A DNA stretch of 64,000 nucleotides from the NCBI GenBank assembly GCA_963754315.1, contig CAVWFS010000005.1:160001-224000 (forward strand). Reading direction: 5' to 3'. This document shows, one piece after another, positions 50,155 through 59,398 of this stretch (position 1 is its first letter; each line of letters starts with the position of its first letter). Position numbers and translations under genes: made by a program. The DNA comes from an uncultured Candidatus Rokubacteria bacterium. GTDB lineage: Bacteria; Methylomirabilota; Methylomirabilia; Rokubacteriales; CSP1-6. The notes under the pieces were generated by a model. That model ran no database searches. It was not told the origin of the DNA and saw only the letters and a list, made by a program, of their open reading frames with translations.

Positions 50155-50309
50155 TACTAAAGTTAGGCCCGTCGCCCGTCTCGCTGGTCCCCGGGCTTAA
50201 GGGCGGCGAATCCGCGGCGGCGACCTTGCCGCCTCTCACGGACCGGCCGCGCGCTTCCAATCCCTTTGAGCGCTTTGACGCGGCCGGAGTGCCCTGCTAG
50301 GCTGCGCCA

Positions 50310-51473
50310 TTGACCAGCCCTTTCGTTCCCGGTTCGTCGCTTCGGATCGTGGGTGCACCGGGGGGACCTCTTGCCAGCCTGACGTTTGCCGCCAAGGATC
50401 TCTTCGACGTGGCCGGGCATCCGACCGGCGGTGGCAACCCGGACTGGGCCCGGCAGTATCCCCTTCCGTCGCGTCACGCGTGGGCGGTGCAGCGCCTGCT
50501 CGATGCGGGGGCGACCTTGATCGGCAAGACCGTCACCGACGAGGTCTCCCTCGGCATCCTCGGCGAGAACCCCTTCCACGGTACGCCGTTCAATCCGAGG
50601 GCGCCTGAGCGCACGCCCGGCGGATCCTCGTCGGGCTCTGCCTCGGCGGTGGCCCAGGGTCTCTGCGATGCTGCCTTGGGGACCGACACCGGCGGATCGG
50701 TACGCGTGCCAGCGAGTTTTTGCGGACTTTACGGCATCCGACCTACCCACGGCCGGCTCGACCTCGCCGGCATGATGCCGCAGGCGCCCAGCTCCGACAC
50801 GACCGGATGGTTCGCGCGCGATGCCCACACCTTCACCAAGGTTTCGGAGGTGTTGCTCTCGGAATCCATCCCGACCGGCTTGCCGACCAAGCTCGTGGTG
50901 GCTGTCGATGCCTTCGGTTTCGCGGATGGCGAGACAGCGGCGGCGCTAGAACCAATGGTGGGCAAGCTCTCCGCGCTGGTGCGGGAGGTCCGCGAGGATC
51001 TCCTGGCGCCGCCGGGCCTGTCGGTGTGGTCGCGCGCGCAGCGCACCTTGCAGTCCCACGAGGCCTGGCTCACCTTCAGGGATTGGCTCGATCGCGATAA
51101 CCCGCGCTTGCAGTTCAGCGTGGCACGCGGCCTGGCCCTCGCCAGCACCATTCCCGAGAGTGAGCGGCAATGGGCGGCGTTGATGCGAGACGAGGCGCGC
51201 GCTCGGCTCGCCTGGCTGCTTCCGCCCGGAACCATCCTGTGTCTGCCGACTACGCCCTTCCCCGCCCCCGCGAAGGGACTCCCGCTCGGGACGCTCGACC
51301 CCCTGCGCGCGCGAATCAGCTGCCTGACGTCCCACGGAGGTCTGACCGGTGTGCCGCAGGTGAGCCTCCCGGGCGCGACTGTTGACGGGCTGCCCGTGGG
51401 GCTTTCCATCCTCGGTGCGCGCGGCAGCGACGCCGCGCTGGTGGCGGTGGCGAACGCGATGGCGGCCAGCTAA
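50310..51473 (+). CDS. Amidase signature family protein
   Basis: KDLFDVAG, GGSSSGS, GTDTGGSVRVPA; TTGACG-17-TAGGCT promoter 6 nt before the start. Confidence 0.9.
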   Translation: MTSPFVPGSSLRIVGAPGGPLASLTFAAKDLFDVAGHPTGGGNPDWARQYPLPSRHAWAVQRLLDAGATLIGKTVTDEVSLGILGENPFHGTPFNPRAPERTPGGSSSGSASAVAQGLCDAALGTDTGGSVRVPASFCGLYGIRPTHGRLDLAGMMPQAPSSDTTGWFARDAHTFTKVSEVLLSESIPTGLPTKLVVAVDAFGFADGETAAALEPMVGKLSALVREVREDLLAPPGLSVWSRAQRTLQSHEAWLTFRDWLDRDNPRLQFSVARGLALASTIPESERQWAALMRDEARARLAWLLPPGTILCLPTTPFPAPAKGLPLGTLDPLRARISCLTSHGGLTGVPQVSLPGATVDGLPVGLSILGARGSDAALVAVANAMAAS

Positions 51474-51592
51474 CCAACCCGAAGTGGCCCTCGGACGGCG
51501 CTGCCTTGTTGGGCGCGCTTTCTATTTGACGATCGAGATGTTGAGGTTCAATATACCTGAAAGGTAGACAGATTTCTAGCACGTGAAGAAAG

Positions 51593-51832
51593 ATGCTGAG
51601 TATAAAGGATAAAGAGGTTTATACCCTCGCGCGGAGCTTGGCCCGGGAGACCGGTGAGAACATGACCGCAGCGGTCAGGCAGGCCCTCCGGGAGCGCCTT
51701 GAGCGCGTGCGGCGGCGACGACCGAAGACCGATGAACTGCTAGCGATCGGTCGCAGGTGCACGGCGGCGCTCAAGGCTCCTCCGGTGGACCATGGTGAAC
51801 TCCTCTACGATGAGCGTGGCCTGCCGCGATGA
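51593..51832 (+). CDS. vapB: VapB antitoxin (Rv0623-like)
   Basis: LSIKD...LARETGENMTAAVRQAL...LYDERGLP; ATGA overlap. Confidence 0.9.
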   Translation: MLSIKDKEVYTLARSLARETGENMTAAVRQALRERLERVRRRRPKTDELLAIGRRCTAALKAPPVDHGELLYDERGLPR

Positions 51833-52218
51833 TCGTGGATAGCTCTGCGCTGCTGGCGATCCTCTTCAGCGAGGACGATGCGGATCGCTACGCCGGCGCG
51901 ATCACCGAGGCGGAGTCTTGCCGCATCTCGGCCGCGACGTTCGTCGAGTCGGCGGTCGTGGTCGATATGCAGACGGCGGAGACTGGAGGCCGGCAACTCG
52001 ATACCCTTCTGCGCCGGGCCGGGATCCTGATCGAGCCGCTCACCGAGGAGCAAGCCCATGTGGCTCGCCAGGCCTACGCTGATTTCGGCAAGGGCCGGCA
52101 TCCAGCGGGCTTGAACCTCGGGGACTGTTTCTCCTACGCGCTCGCCAAGGTCAGCGGCGAGCCACTGCTCTTCAAGGGCCAAGACTTCAGCCAGACCGAC
52201 ATCACCTCGGCCCTGTGA
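51829..52218 (+). CDS. vapC: PIN-domain VapC toxin
   Basis: MIVDSSAL, GKGRHPAGLNLGDCFSYA, LLFKGQDF. Confidence 0.95.
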   Translation: MIVDSSALLAILFSEDDADRYAGAITEAESCRISAATFVESAVVVDMQTAETGGRQLDTLLRRAGILIEPLTEEQAHVARQAYADFGKGRHPAGLNLGDCFSYALAKVSGEPLLFKGQDFSQTDITSAL

Positions 52219-52374
52219 GACGCAACGAGAAGCGTCGCGGCATCACGACGGCCTCGAAGGACCGTCGCGGATCCGAATCGGGGCGCAAAGGCTAGCTCAC
52301 GCTTCCACTGACGCCAGCTCAAGGACACACGGTGGTATTCTCGGTCCGACAGTGCTGAGCGGGAGGGAACCTTC

Positions 52375-53424
52375 ATGAGCCATCGGATCTTGTTCGTGGG
52401 CGCAGGCGCGGTGGGAAGCTATCTGGCGTCGTTCTTTGCTCGGGCCGGGCACGACGTGACCGTCATCGACTCCTGGCCCGAACAGGTGGAGACCATTCGC
52501 CAGCGCGGAGTCTCCGTCACCGGGCCGCACGAGCCGTTCACCGCGCGCTTCAAGACATTGCACGTGCACGAGGCCCAGCAACTCGGCGCGGACTTCGACA
52601 TCGGCGTCGTCGCCATGAAGTCCTACGACACCGCCTGGGCCGCTCACCTCCTCGCGCCGCACGTGAAGCCCTCGGGCATCGTGATCTGCGCGCAGAACTG
52701 CTGGAACGATCCTCTGGTGGCGTCGATTGCCGGGCCGGAGCGCACGGTGGGGCTCATCATGTCGGGCATCTCGGTGGCGATGTGGAAGCCGGGCGAGGTC
52801 GAGCGCGGGGCAGAGCGCGGCGCCGGCCATGTCGTGTTCCGGGCGGGCTCGCCTGATGGCCAGAGCACGCCGCATCTGCAGGCGGTCGCCGATCTCCTCT
52901 CGGTGGTCGATGCCGCGCAGACTACCGACAACCTGTGGGGCGAGCGCTGGGGCAAGCTCTGCATCAATGCCATGGGCAACCCCGTGCAGTCCATGACCGG
53001 TCTCGGCGGTCGCGACATTGCTTCGGAGCCCCGTGGCCGCGAAATCACCATCCGGCTGGGCTCGGAGTCGGCGCGCGTGGGCCTGGCCCTCGGCCATCGC
53101 GTCGTGAAATTCGGGGCCGCCCCGGCGGAGCAATGGGCCGAGGCCGGGACGAACCGCGACACCTACCGGGCCATCGACGCCGCCATCGTCCCCAAGGCCA
53201 GCTCCACCCGAAACTGGCGTTCATCCATGGCCCAGGACGTGATCAAGGGCCGCCGCACGGAGATCGAGTTCATGAACGGCTTCGTGGTGGCGCAGGGCAA
53301 GGAAGTCGGGGTGGAGGCCCCGGTGTCGAAGGCGGTGGTCGAGATCGTGCGCGAGATCGACTCCAAGCGCCGGAAACCGTCGCCCGATCACATCGAGGAC
53401 GCGCTGAAGAAGGCCGGGCACTAA
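52375..53424 (+). CDS. Ketopantoate reductase PanE/ApbA family protein
   Basis: GAGAVG, KSYD, QN, WGKL..N, SSMAQD...TEIEFMNG. Confidence 0.88.
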   Translation: MSHRILFVGAGAVGSYLASFFARAGHDVTVIDSWPEQVETIRQRGVSVTGPHEPFTARFKTLHVHEAQQLGADFDIGVVAMKSYDTAWAAHLLAPHVKPSGIVICAQNCWNDPLVASIAGPERTVGLIMSGISVAMWKPGEVERGAERGAGHVVFRAGSPDGQSTPHLQAVADLLSVVDAAQTTDNLWGERWGKLCINAMGNPVQSMTGLGGRDIASEPRGREITIRLGSESARVGLALGHRVVKFGAAPAEQWAEAGTNRDTYRAIDAAIVPKASSTRNWRSSMAQDVIKGRRTEIEFMNGFVVAQGKEVGVEAPVSKAVVEIVREIDSKRRKPSPDHIEDALKKAGH

Positions 53425-53511
53425 CCTGGAGGAGCCCCTGAAGCGGCTGCTCCAATTGGTGTTCTGATCTCGGCGTCCGCGGCTCGAGCTGTGTCCATCG
53501 TCGCTGCGCCA

Positions 53512-54978
53512 TCAGCGGCTGGGCGCCGGGCGTGCGGGGCCGTCCAGGAATTCGAGAATGTCGGCACGCTGCTGCTCCAGCACCTTGGTGGCGGCGGTGG
53601 CCAGCAACTCGCGGTCGCATTTGGAGGGGATGTAAAAGCGCGTCGGGATCTGGGCGACGCGCTCTACCACGTCGGCGGGGGTCCTCAGCGGCGGCGACTC
53701 GCCACGGCACGCCTCGGGCAGATCGGAGAGATCGGCCCGCCACTCTGCGTCGATATGGCGGAGCAGGATGACCCGCGCCGTGTCGCGATTAGGGAACACC
53801 TCCTCGAACTGCAGGGTGTTGAAGAACAGGGCCTGATAGGTGGTGGCTCGCTCTTCCATGATGCTGGGAATCCGCGAAAGGTCGAAGGTCAACAGCGAGA
53901 ACGGCTCCGCCCGACGGTTGAGCCGCCGGTCCCCCACCGAGAACGGAAATGAGCTGTCGAAGGCCAGGATGAGCATCCGCCGCGCCTTCTTCTCTTGGAG
54001 TTGGTTCAGGAACACGAACAGGAGCGACTCGATGCCCTGGTTTTCATAGAGCCCGCCGTCCCCGGCGTGCCAGTAGGTCTCCTCGCCTCGGACCCGCAAG
54101 GTGATGGGGCCGACCAGCGGCGGGAATGAGGCCGACGCGGTAACCATCGCGGCCAGGCGCATCGGGCACGGGTCCATGTTGATCTCGAGCGGCGTCATGG
54201 GACGCAGTAACTCCCAGCGTTTGATCAGCATCGGCGGGATCTCTGCCCGGCGCCCCTGTCGCGCCAGCGACTCCCGTAGCGCCTGGGAGAAGTCGTAGCT
54301 AAATGCTTCCGACGGCAAGCTGGTCGCCGCCATGCGGCGCCCGTTGTTGTAGAGCGTGGTGTTGACGACCAGCCCCGGCGTGTCCCCGGCTGCCTGCCGC
54401 TGGCTCAAGTCCCCCTGGGTCACTCCGCCCAGCAGGCGCTCGGTGAGAATCTCGAACAGCGAGGTGGCGGCAAGGGATGAGTTCAGCCAGCGGAACGAGC
54501 CGAGCTGGCGCCAGATCAGCGCGCTCTCGAAGTCCTGGCTCAGCTTGACTCGATACTCGTCGAAGAACGCGCGGTAGGGGTCTGACAGGCCAGCGGCGGA
54601 CGTGAGCACCGGTACGTCCTTCGGAGGCTTGTTGATGGCGTAGTAGCTGGCGGCCAGACTGCCCCCCGAGACGCTCGACAGGAGCGAGACCTGCTCGAGC
54701 AGTGACGATCCGGCCGCCGTCCGGACACTGCTCAGCGCCTCGAGGCCGGCCGCCCCGTAGAGCGCGGCGCGACTGCCACCACCGGAGAGGGCCACTCCCA
54801 CCAGCACGTCGCGCTCCGGCATGGGCACCAGACAGGGCGTCTCAGAGGTCGCGCGCGCCACCTCGTAGACCCGCGCCGTCGCGCATCCGGTCAGGAGCAG
54901 CGCGCCGATCAGCCAGCCAGTGGCGCGCGCCATTGAGAAGAGTAGCTTCGTCAGTTCCATGGGTCGTGTCCTGGTCAT
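53512..54978 (-). CDS. Patatin-like phospholipase, predicted lipoprotein
   Basis: LTGC lipobox; LSGGGSRA, SVSGG, ASASFP, DGG. Confidence 0.88.
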   Translation of the reverse strand: MTRTRPMELTKLLFSMARATGWLIGALLLTGCATARVYEVARATSETPCLVPMPERDVLVGVALSGGGSRAALYGAAGLEALSSVRTAAGSSLLEQVSLLSSVSGGSLAASYYAINKPPKDVPVLTSAAGLSDPYRAFFDEYRVKLSQDFESALIWRQLGSFRWLNSSLAATSLFEILTERLLGGVTQGDLSQRQAAGDTPGLVVNTTLYNNGRRMAATSLPSEAFSYDFSQALRESLARQGRRAEIPPMLIKRWELLRPMTPLEINMDPCPMRLAAMVTASASFPPLVGPITLRVRGEETYWHAGDGGLYENQGIESLLFVFLNQLQEKKARRMLILAFDSSFPFSVGDRRLNRRAEPFSLLTFDLSRIPSIMEERATTYQALFFNTLQFEEVFPNRDTARVILLRHIDAEWRADLSDLPEACRGESPPLRTPADVVERVAQIPTRFYIPSKCDRELLATAATKVLEQQRADILEFLDGPARPAPSR

Positions 54979-55077
54979 CGGAATCTCCTCAGAGATCGAG
55001 CGTCCGGCGTGGCGGAGCGCCATATCGTACCGCACCACATCCGACACTCGCCACGCCCAGCGGGGGCTGCCTAACCT

Positions 55078-55173
55078 CCGAAGTTCGAACTGACGATCAA
55101 CCTCAAGACCGCGAAAGCTCTCGGCATGATGCTGCCGCCCTCCGTGCTCGCGAGAGCGGATCAGGTCGTACTA
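55078..55173 (+). pseudogene. C-terminal stub of a COG2984-type ABC substrate-binding protein
   Basis: [30 protein letters not shown] with no upstream body. Confidence 0.75.
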
Positions 55174-55444
55174 GCGACCGACCGCCGGTTGACGGTGGTC
55201 GTTGGGCAGCCCTCGTGACGGGCGACGGAGCAACATGAAGCGAGCCCTGACCAGACTGGCGGCGGGCGTCGTGCCCCTTTGCCGTGTCCCTTGGCGCATA
55301 GGCGCAGCGACCGACCGATGTCCCACGCATAGGGTTTCGCAGCGTCGCCGCTCCGAAATCTGCACAGTACCGGCAAGGGCTACGCGAGCACGGATACGTT
55401 GAAGGCGCGAATTAGAGCTCCGGGTGAAGACGAAAGGCACTCCC

Positions 55445-57437
55445 CTACTGATACAGGACAATGGTGTCGCTGCGCACGGCCGATGTCACGCCGGCGTCGT
55501 TGCGCAACTGGAGGTAGACACGCTTGGTTGCGGTGCCGGGGCTCAAGGTAAAGGTCGGTACGGGGGTATACAGCAGCCAGACAGCGCCCGCGAACGTCGA
55601 TGACTCGCTCGCCCGGTACGCGGTGGGCGCCGTGTCGCCGGTGGCGACGTGGTTGAGGGTGACGGTCGGGCTCGTGGTGCTCCCGGCTCCCCCGTTGATG
55701 GCGAAGGTGCCCAACACGGGGGCCGGCTCCAGGAGGTTGATGGTGTCGCTGCGGGCCGTGGAGGGTCCGGCCTGGTTACGCGCCTGGAAGTACACGCGTT
55801 TCGTCGCGTTGCCCTGACTCAGCAGGAAGGTCGGCGCCGAGGAGTACGGCAGCCAGACAGCGTCCGCGAACGTCGCCGACTCGCTCGCCCGGTACTCGCG
55901 ACGGGTTGTTCGAGGCGGTATGGTTCAAGGTGATCGTGCGGTCGGTGGTCGTGTTCGCGCCGCCATTGAGGGCGTACGCAGTGACGTTCGGCGCGGGCTC
56001 ACTGAGCGTAATGGTGTCACTGACCACCGTGGACTCGTCCAGGGAGGCGTTGCGCACCTGGAAGTACACCAGCTTGCTCCCGTTGGCTCCAGTCATCGAG
56101 AAGGTCGGCGCCGCGGAGTACGGTGCCCAGGCCGCGCCGGCGAAGTTGGCCGCCTCACTGGCCCGGTATTCGGTCGGGGTGCCGCTGACGGCGTTGCTCA
56201 GGGTGACGACGCGATTCGCGGTGCTGGTCGCCCCAGAGTTCAGCGCAAAGCTGAGGATCGTCGGCGGCGTGTCCGGCGGCGGCGGGCCGCCGGCGCCGCT
56301 CAGCCCGGCGAACTGATAGATCTGCACGCCGAGCCGCCCGGCCGCGAAGTACGCCAGGTCCCCCTCGATTCTCACGCCCATGATCTGGCCCACCACCACG
56401 CCATGGGGGTCCACGGGGTCCACGGGGAGCGTCGCCACGTTCGTCATGGCAAGGGGATTCCTGACGTCAACGACGTTGAACTCGCCGGTGTTCCGGCCGC
56501 CGCCGTAGACCAGATAGTCGCCGCCCGCGCCGAGCGCGAGCCCCCCCTGGTCGATGCCGACGAACGGGATCGTCGACGGTATGTAGCCGCACGCGGGGCA
56601 GGTCGCGTGGGCCGTTGACACGTCCGGGCTCAGGGACAAGATGGGCACCGTGTAGATGCCGGAGGCGGGCCCGTACGCGCTCAGCATGAAGATGACGGCG
56701 CGATCGGGGTCGACGTCGACCTTGACGTCGACCTTGAGGACGTACGGCGCGTAGTGCGTTCCCCGGAAGACCGGCGAGCGCGCATTGGAAACGTCGTGGT
56801 AATAGATCCGGCCATAGGCCCAGTCGGTCGTGATCAGGATGCTGCCCTTCACTGTGGCGCCCGAGGCCTTGGCGTTGCCCGCGGTGACGTAGGTGTTGAG
56901 GTTGTGCAGCCCTGTCGCGTCGGGGCCCGGTGTCCTCCACGCCGGAAGCCCGAGGACAGCGTGCCGCACGGGGTTGGTGGGATGTTCGATGTCGAACACG
57001 TAGAGCTCGCCCGCGAAGCTCGGCACGAACGCGACGTTGTCCTTGAGCGCGACGTCGTAGGCGTACGGCGCGGGCCTCGTGGCCACCAGGACCAGCGCGT
57101 CGGGATCACTGATATCGACTACGCGGAATCCGCCCGTGACCCCGGCCAGATAGGCGTACTGCCCCCGGACCTTGATGCCCATGTTGGCGCTGGTGGTGGG
57201 CAGCGAGCCCCGCGGCTGCATCGTCGAGAGGTCGACCACGGTCAGTCCCGCGTCGGTGGCCACGTACATGAAGCCGTCTTTGAGGTCGAGGTCGTGCGCC
57301 ACCGAGCCGATGGGAACCGTCGTCAATCGATTCAACGGCCCATCCGCGGACGCCGGGACCACCCCCGCGACCACGATGGCGGCGAGCGCGAACATCGTCT
57401 GAAAAAAAGCTCTCTTCGGCGTGTCACCTGTCGACAT
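55445..57437 (-). CDS. Secreted LVIVD-repeat beta-propeller with three tandem C-terminal beta-rich repeats; +1 frameshift near 55900
   Basis: Signal peptide (VPASA|D); YAYLA..GFRVVDISDP repeats; three copies of F/YA(L/I)NxGA..T....TL...YRASE...F..A.W..Y...PTF...K.VY.Q.RN. Confidence 0.8.
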
Positions 57438-57729
57438 TCTGGTCTCACTCACTCTCGGGGTATGGGCAGATAGGCTCGGATGCGAACACGTTCGCGCAGA
57501 GTATCGCAATGGGTAACCCGGGTGGTGTAGCAACCGCAGCGCCAGCACTGGCAAGCAGGAGAATTGGGGGGTTCCTGCGCTGGCCGCCAAAAACAAGCCC
57601 ACGGAGCTACCGTTTATGGGTGAGGCACAGGAGATTTTGGGAGGTGGGTCGCAGCGCCGAGTCAGTTCGCGTCTGGTCGTCGAGGGAGCCAAAGTCAGAG
57701 GTGCTTCAGAATTTCGCGGATCGATCGAG

Positions 57730-57757
57730 TTGACAGATCAAGAAGACTTGATATGAT
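57730..57757 (+). promoter_or_regulatory. ars promoter with ArsR operator 1
   Basis: TTGACA-16-TATGAT; ATCAAG-AAGA-CTTGAT at 57737-57752 in the spacer. Confidence 0.8.
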
Positions 57758-57767
57758 GGTGCTTGGG

Positions 57768-58094
57768 ATGTCACTCTCGCTCGGCAGGGACCTCGAGCAG
57801 GCTCAGCGCTGGTTTCACGCGCTGAGCGACGAGACCCGACTTCAGCTACTGGAGCTGCTGCGTGGCGGTGAGCAATGCGTGTGCGACCTCACCGACGCGC
57901 TCGACGCCGCCCAGTCCCGTCTCTCATTCCATCTCAAGACGCTGAAGGACGCCGGCTTGGTCACCGACCGGAAGCAAGGCCGGTGGGTGTATTACGCGCT
58001 GAATCCCCAGGTGTTCGACGAGATCACTGAGTTCATGACCGAGTTGCGCCCGAAGCCGACCAGCTTCCGGCTCGCGCCACGTCGATGCGACTGA
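57768..58094 (+). CDS. arsR: ArsR/SmtB metalloregulator
   Basis: FHALSDETRL, EQCVCDL, QSRLSFHLKTL, GRWVYY. Confidence 0.95.
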   Translation: MSLSLGRDLEQAQRWFHALSDETRLQLLELLRGGEQCVCDLTDALDAAQSRLSFHLKTLKDAGLVTDRKQGRWVYYALNPQVFDEITEFMTELRPKPTSFRLAPRRCD

Positions 58095-58115
58095 TCCCTT
58101 TTTTTGCGCTGAGAT

Positions 58116-58131
58116 ATCAAGAACTCTTGAT
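58116..58131 (+). promoter_or_regulatory. ArsR operator 2, between arsR and arsC
   Basis: ATCAAG-AACT-CTTGAT, same half-sites as operator 1. Confidence 0.75.
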
Positions 58132-58161
58132 GAGATGGCGGCCCACCGGATGGGTTGCTCT

Positions 58162-58603
58162 ATGAAGCCACGAGTGCTCTTCCTCTGCACCCACAACTCG
58201 GCCCGAAGCCAGATGGCCGAGGGGTACTTGCGTCACCTGGCCGGCGATCGGTTCGAGGTGGCCAGCGCCGGCACTGAGGCGCGCGGGGTGCACCCGTCGG
58301 CTGTGCGCGTCATGGCGGAGGATGGCATCGATATCTCCGGGCAACGCGCCAAGACGCTGGACCGATTTGTCAAAGAGACCTGGGATTACGTGGTGACAGT
58401 CTGCGACAGCGCGAACGAGGCCTGCCCGCTCTTTCCGAGAGCGGCGACGCGGCTGCACTGGAGCTTTGACGATCCGTCCCGGGCGCGCGGGAGTGATGAG
58501 GAGCAACATGACGGTGTTCCGCCGCGTGCGTGACGAGATCAAGACCGCGATAACGACGTGGCTGCAGCAATCCGCGATCCGCGTCGAGGCGGGGTCGTCA
58601 TGA
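58162..58603 (+). CDS. arsC: Thioredoxin-type arsenate reductase with a +1 frameshift near 58507
   Basis: CTHNSARSQMAE, TVCDSANEACP, HWSFDDP; FRRVRDEI in the +1 frame, ending in an ATGA overlap with the next gene. Confidence 0.9.
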
Positions 58604-59364
58604 CATCGGCCGCCGTCGATCCTCGAAACTTGAGCCGCCGTCTGGTGGCGGAAGGCGCGGGCACGGCGTTGCTGCTGGCCGCCGTCGTCGGATCGGGGAT
58701 CATGGGTGAGCGGTTGGCCGGCGGCAACGTCGCCGTCGCCCTGCTCGCCAACACGCTCGCCACTGGCGCGGCGCTCGTCGCTCTCATCCTGACCTTCGGA
58801 CCAATCTCCGGAGCCCACTTCAACCCCGCGGTGACCTTGGCCGACGCCTCCCAGGGAGGCCTGCCGTGGCGCGATGTCCCACCCTATCTCGCCGCCCAGG
58901 TGCTCGGAGCCTTCGCCGGGGTGGCCGCGGCCCACCTCATGTTCGGCGAGCCACTGTACTTCGCGTCTCGCCATGCGCGCGCGGGAGCGGCCCAGGCGTT
59001 CAGTGAGTTCGTGGCGACCTTCGGCCTGCTGGCCGTGATCTGGGGCTGCGTACGATCACGGGCTTCCGTGGTGGCATTCGCCGTCGCCGCGTACATCACC
59101 GCGGCGTACTGGTTCACGGCGTCCACCTCCTTCGCAAACCCGGCGGTCACGCTGGCCCGCTCGGCGAGCGACACCTTCGCGGGGATCCGCCCGGCAGATG
59201 CGCCGCTCTTCATCGTGGCTCAGCTCGCCGGCGCGGGGGCGGCCACCGCGCTGTTCCGCTGGCTGGTGCCGGCGCTGCCGACAGTCGCGTCAGCGGTGAC
59301 CGTGCCGCCCGCTCTGGCCGACGACCGCGACGTACCCGCGGCACGGGCCAACCGTACGCGATGA
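58600..59364 (+). CDS. MIP/aquaporin-family channel (AqpS-like arsenite channel)
   Basis: SGAHFNPAVT and TSFANPAVT NPA motifs; ars operon context. Confidence 0.9.
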   Translation: MTSAAVDPRNLSRRLVAEGAGTALLLAAVVGSGIMGERLAGGNVAVALLANTLATGAALVALILTFGPISGAHFNPAVTLADASQGGLPWRDVPPYLAAQVLGAFAGVAAAHLMFGEPLYFASRHARAGAAQAFSEFVATFGLLAVIWGCVRSRASVVAFAVAAYITAAYWFTASTSFANPAVTLARSASDTFAGIRPADAPLFIVAQLAGAGAATALFRWLVPALPTVASAVTVPPALADDRDVPAARANRTR

Positions 59365-59398
59365 CTCTCCCAGGCCCATCGGCTCGATTCAGGAGGCT

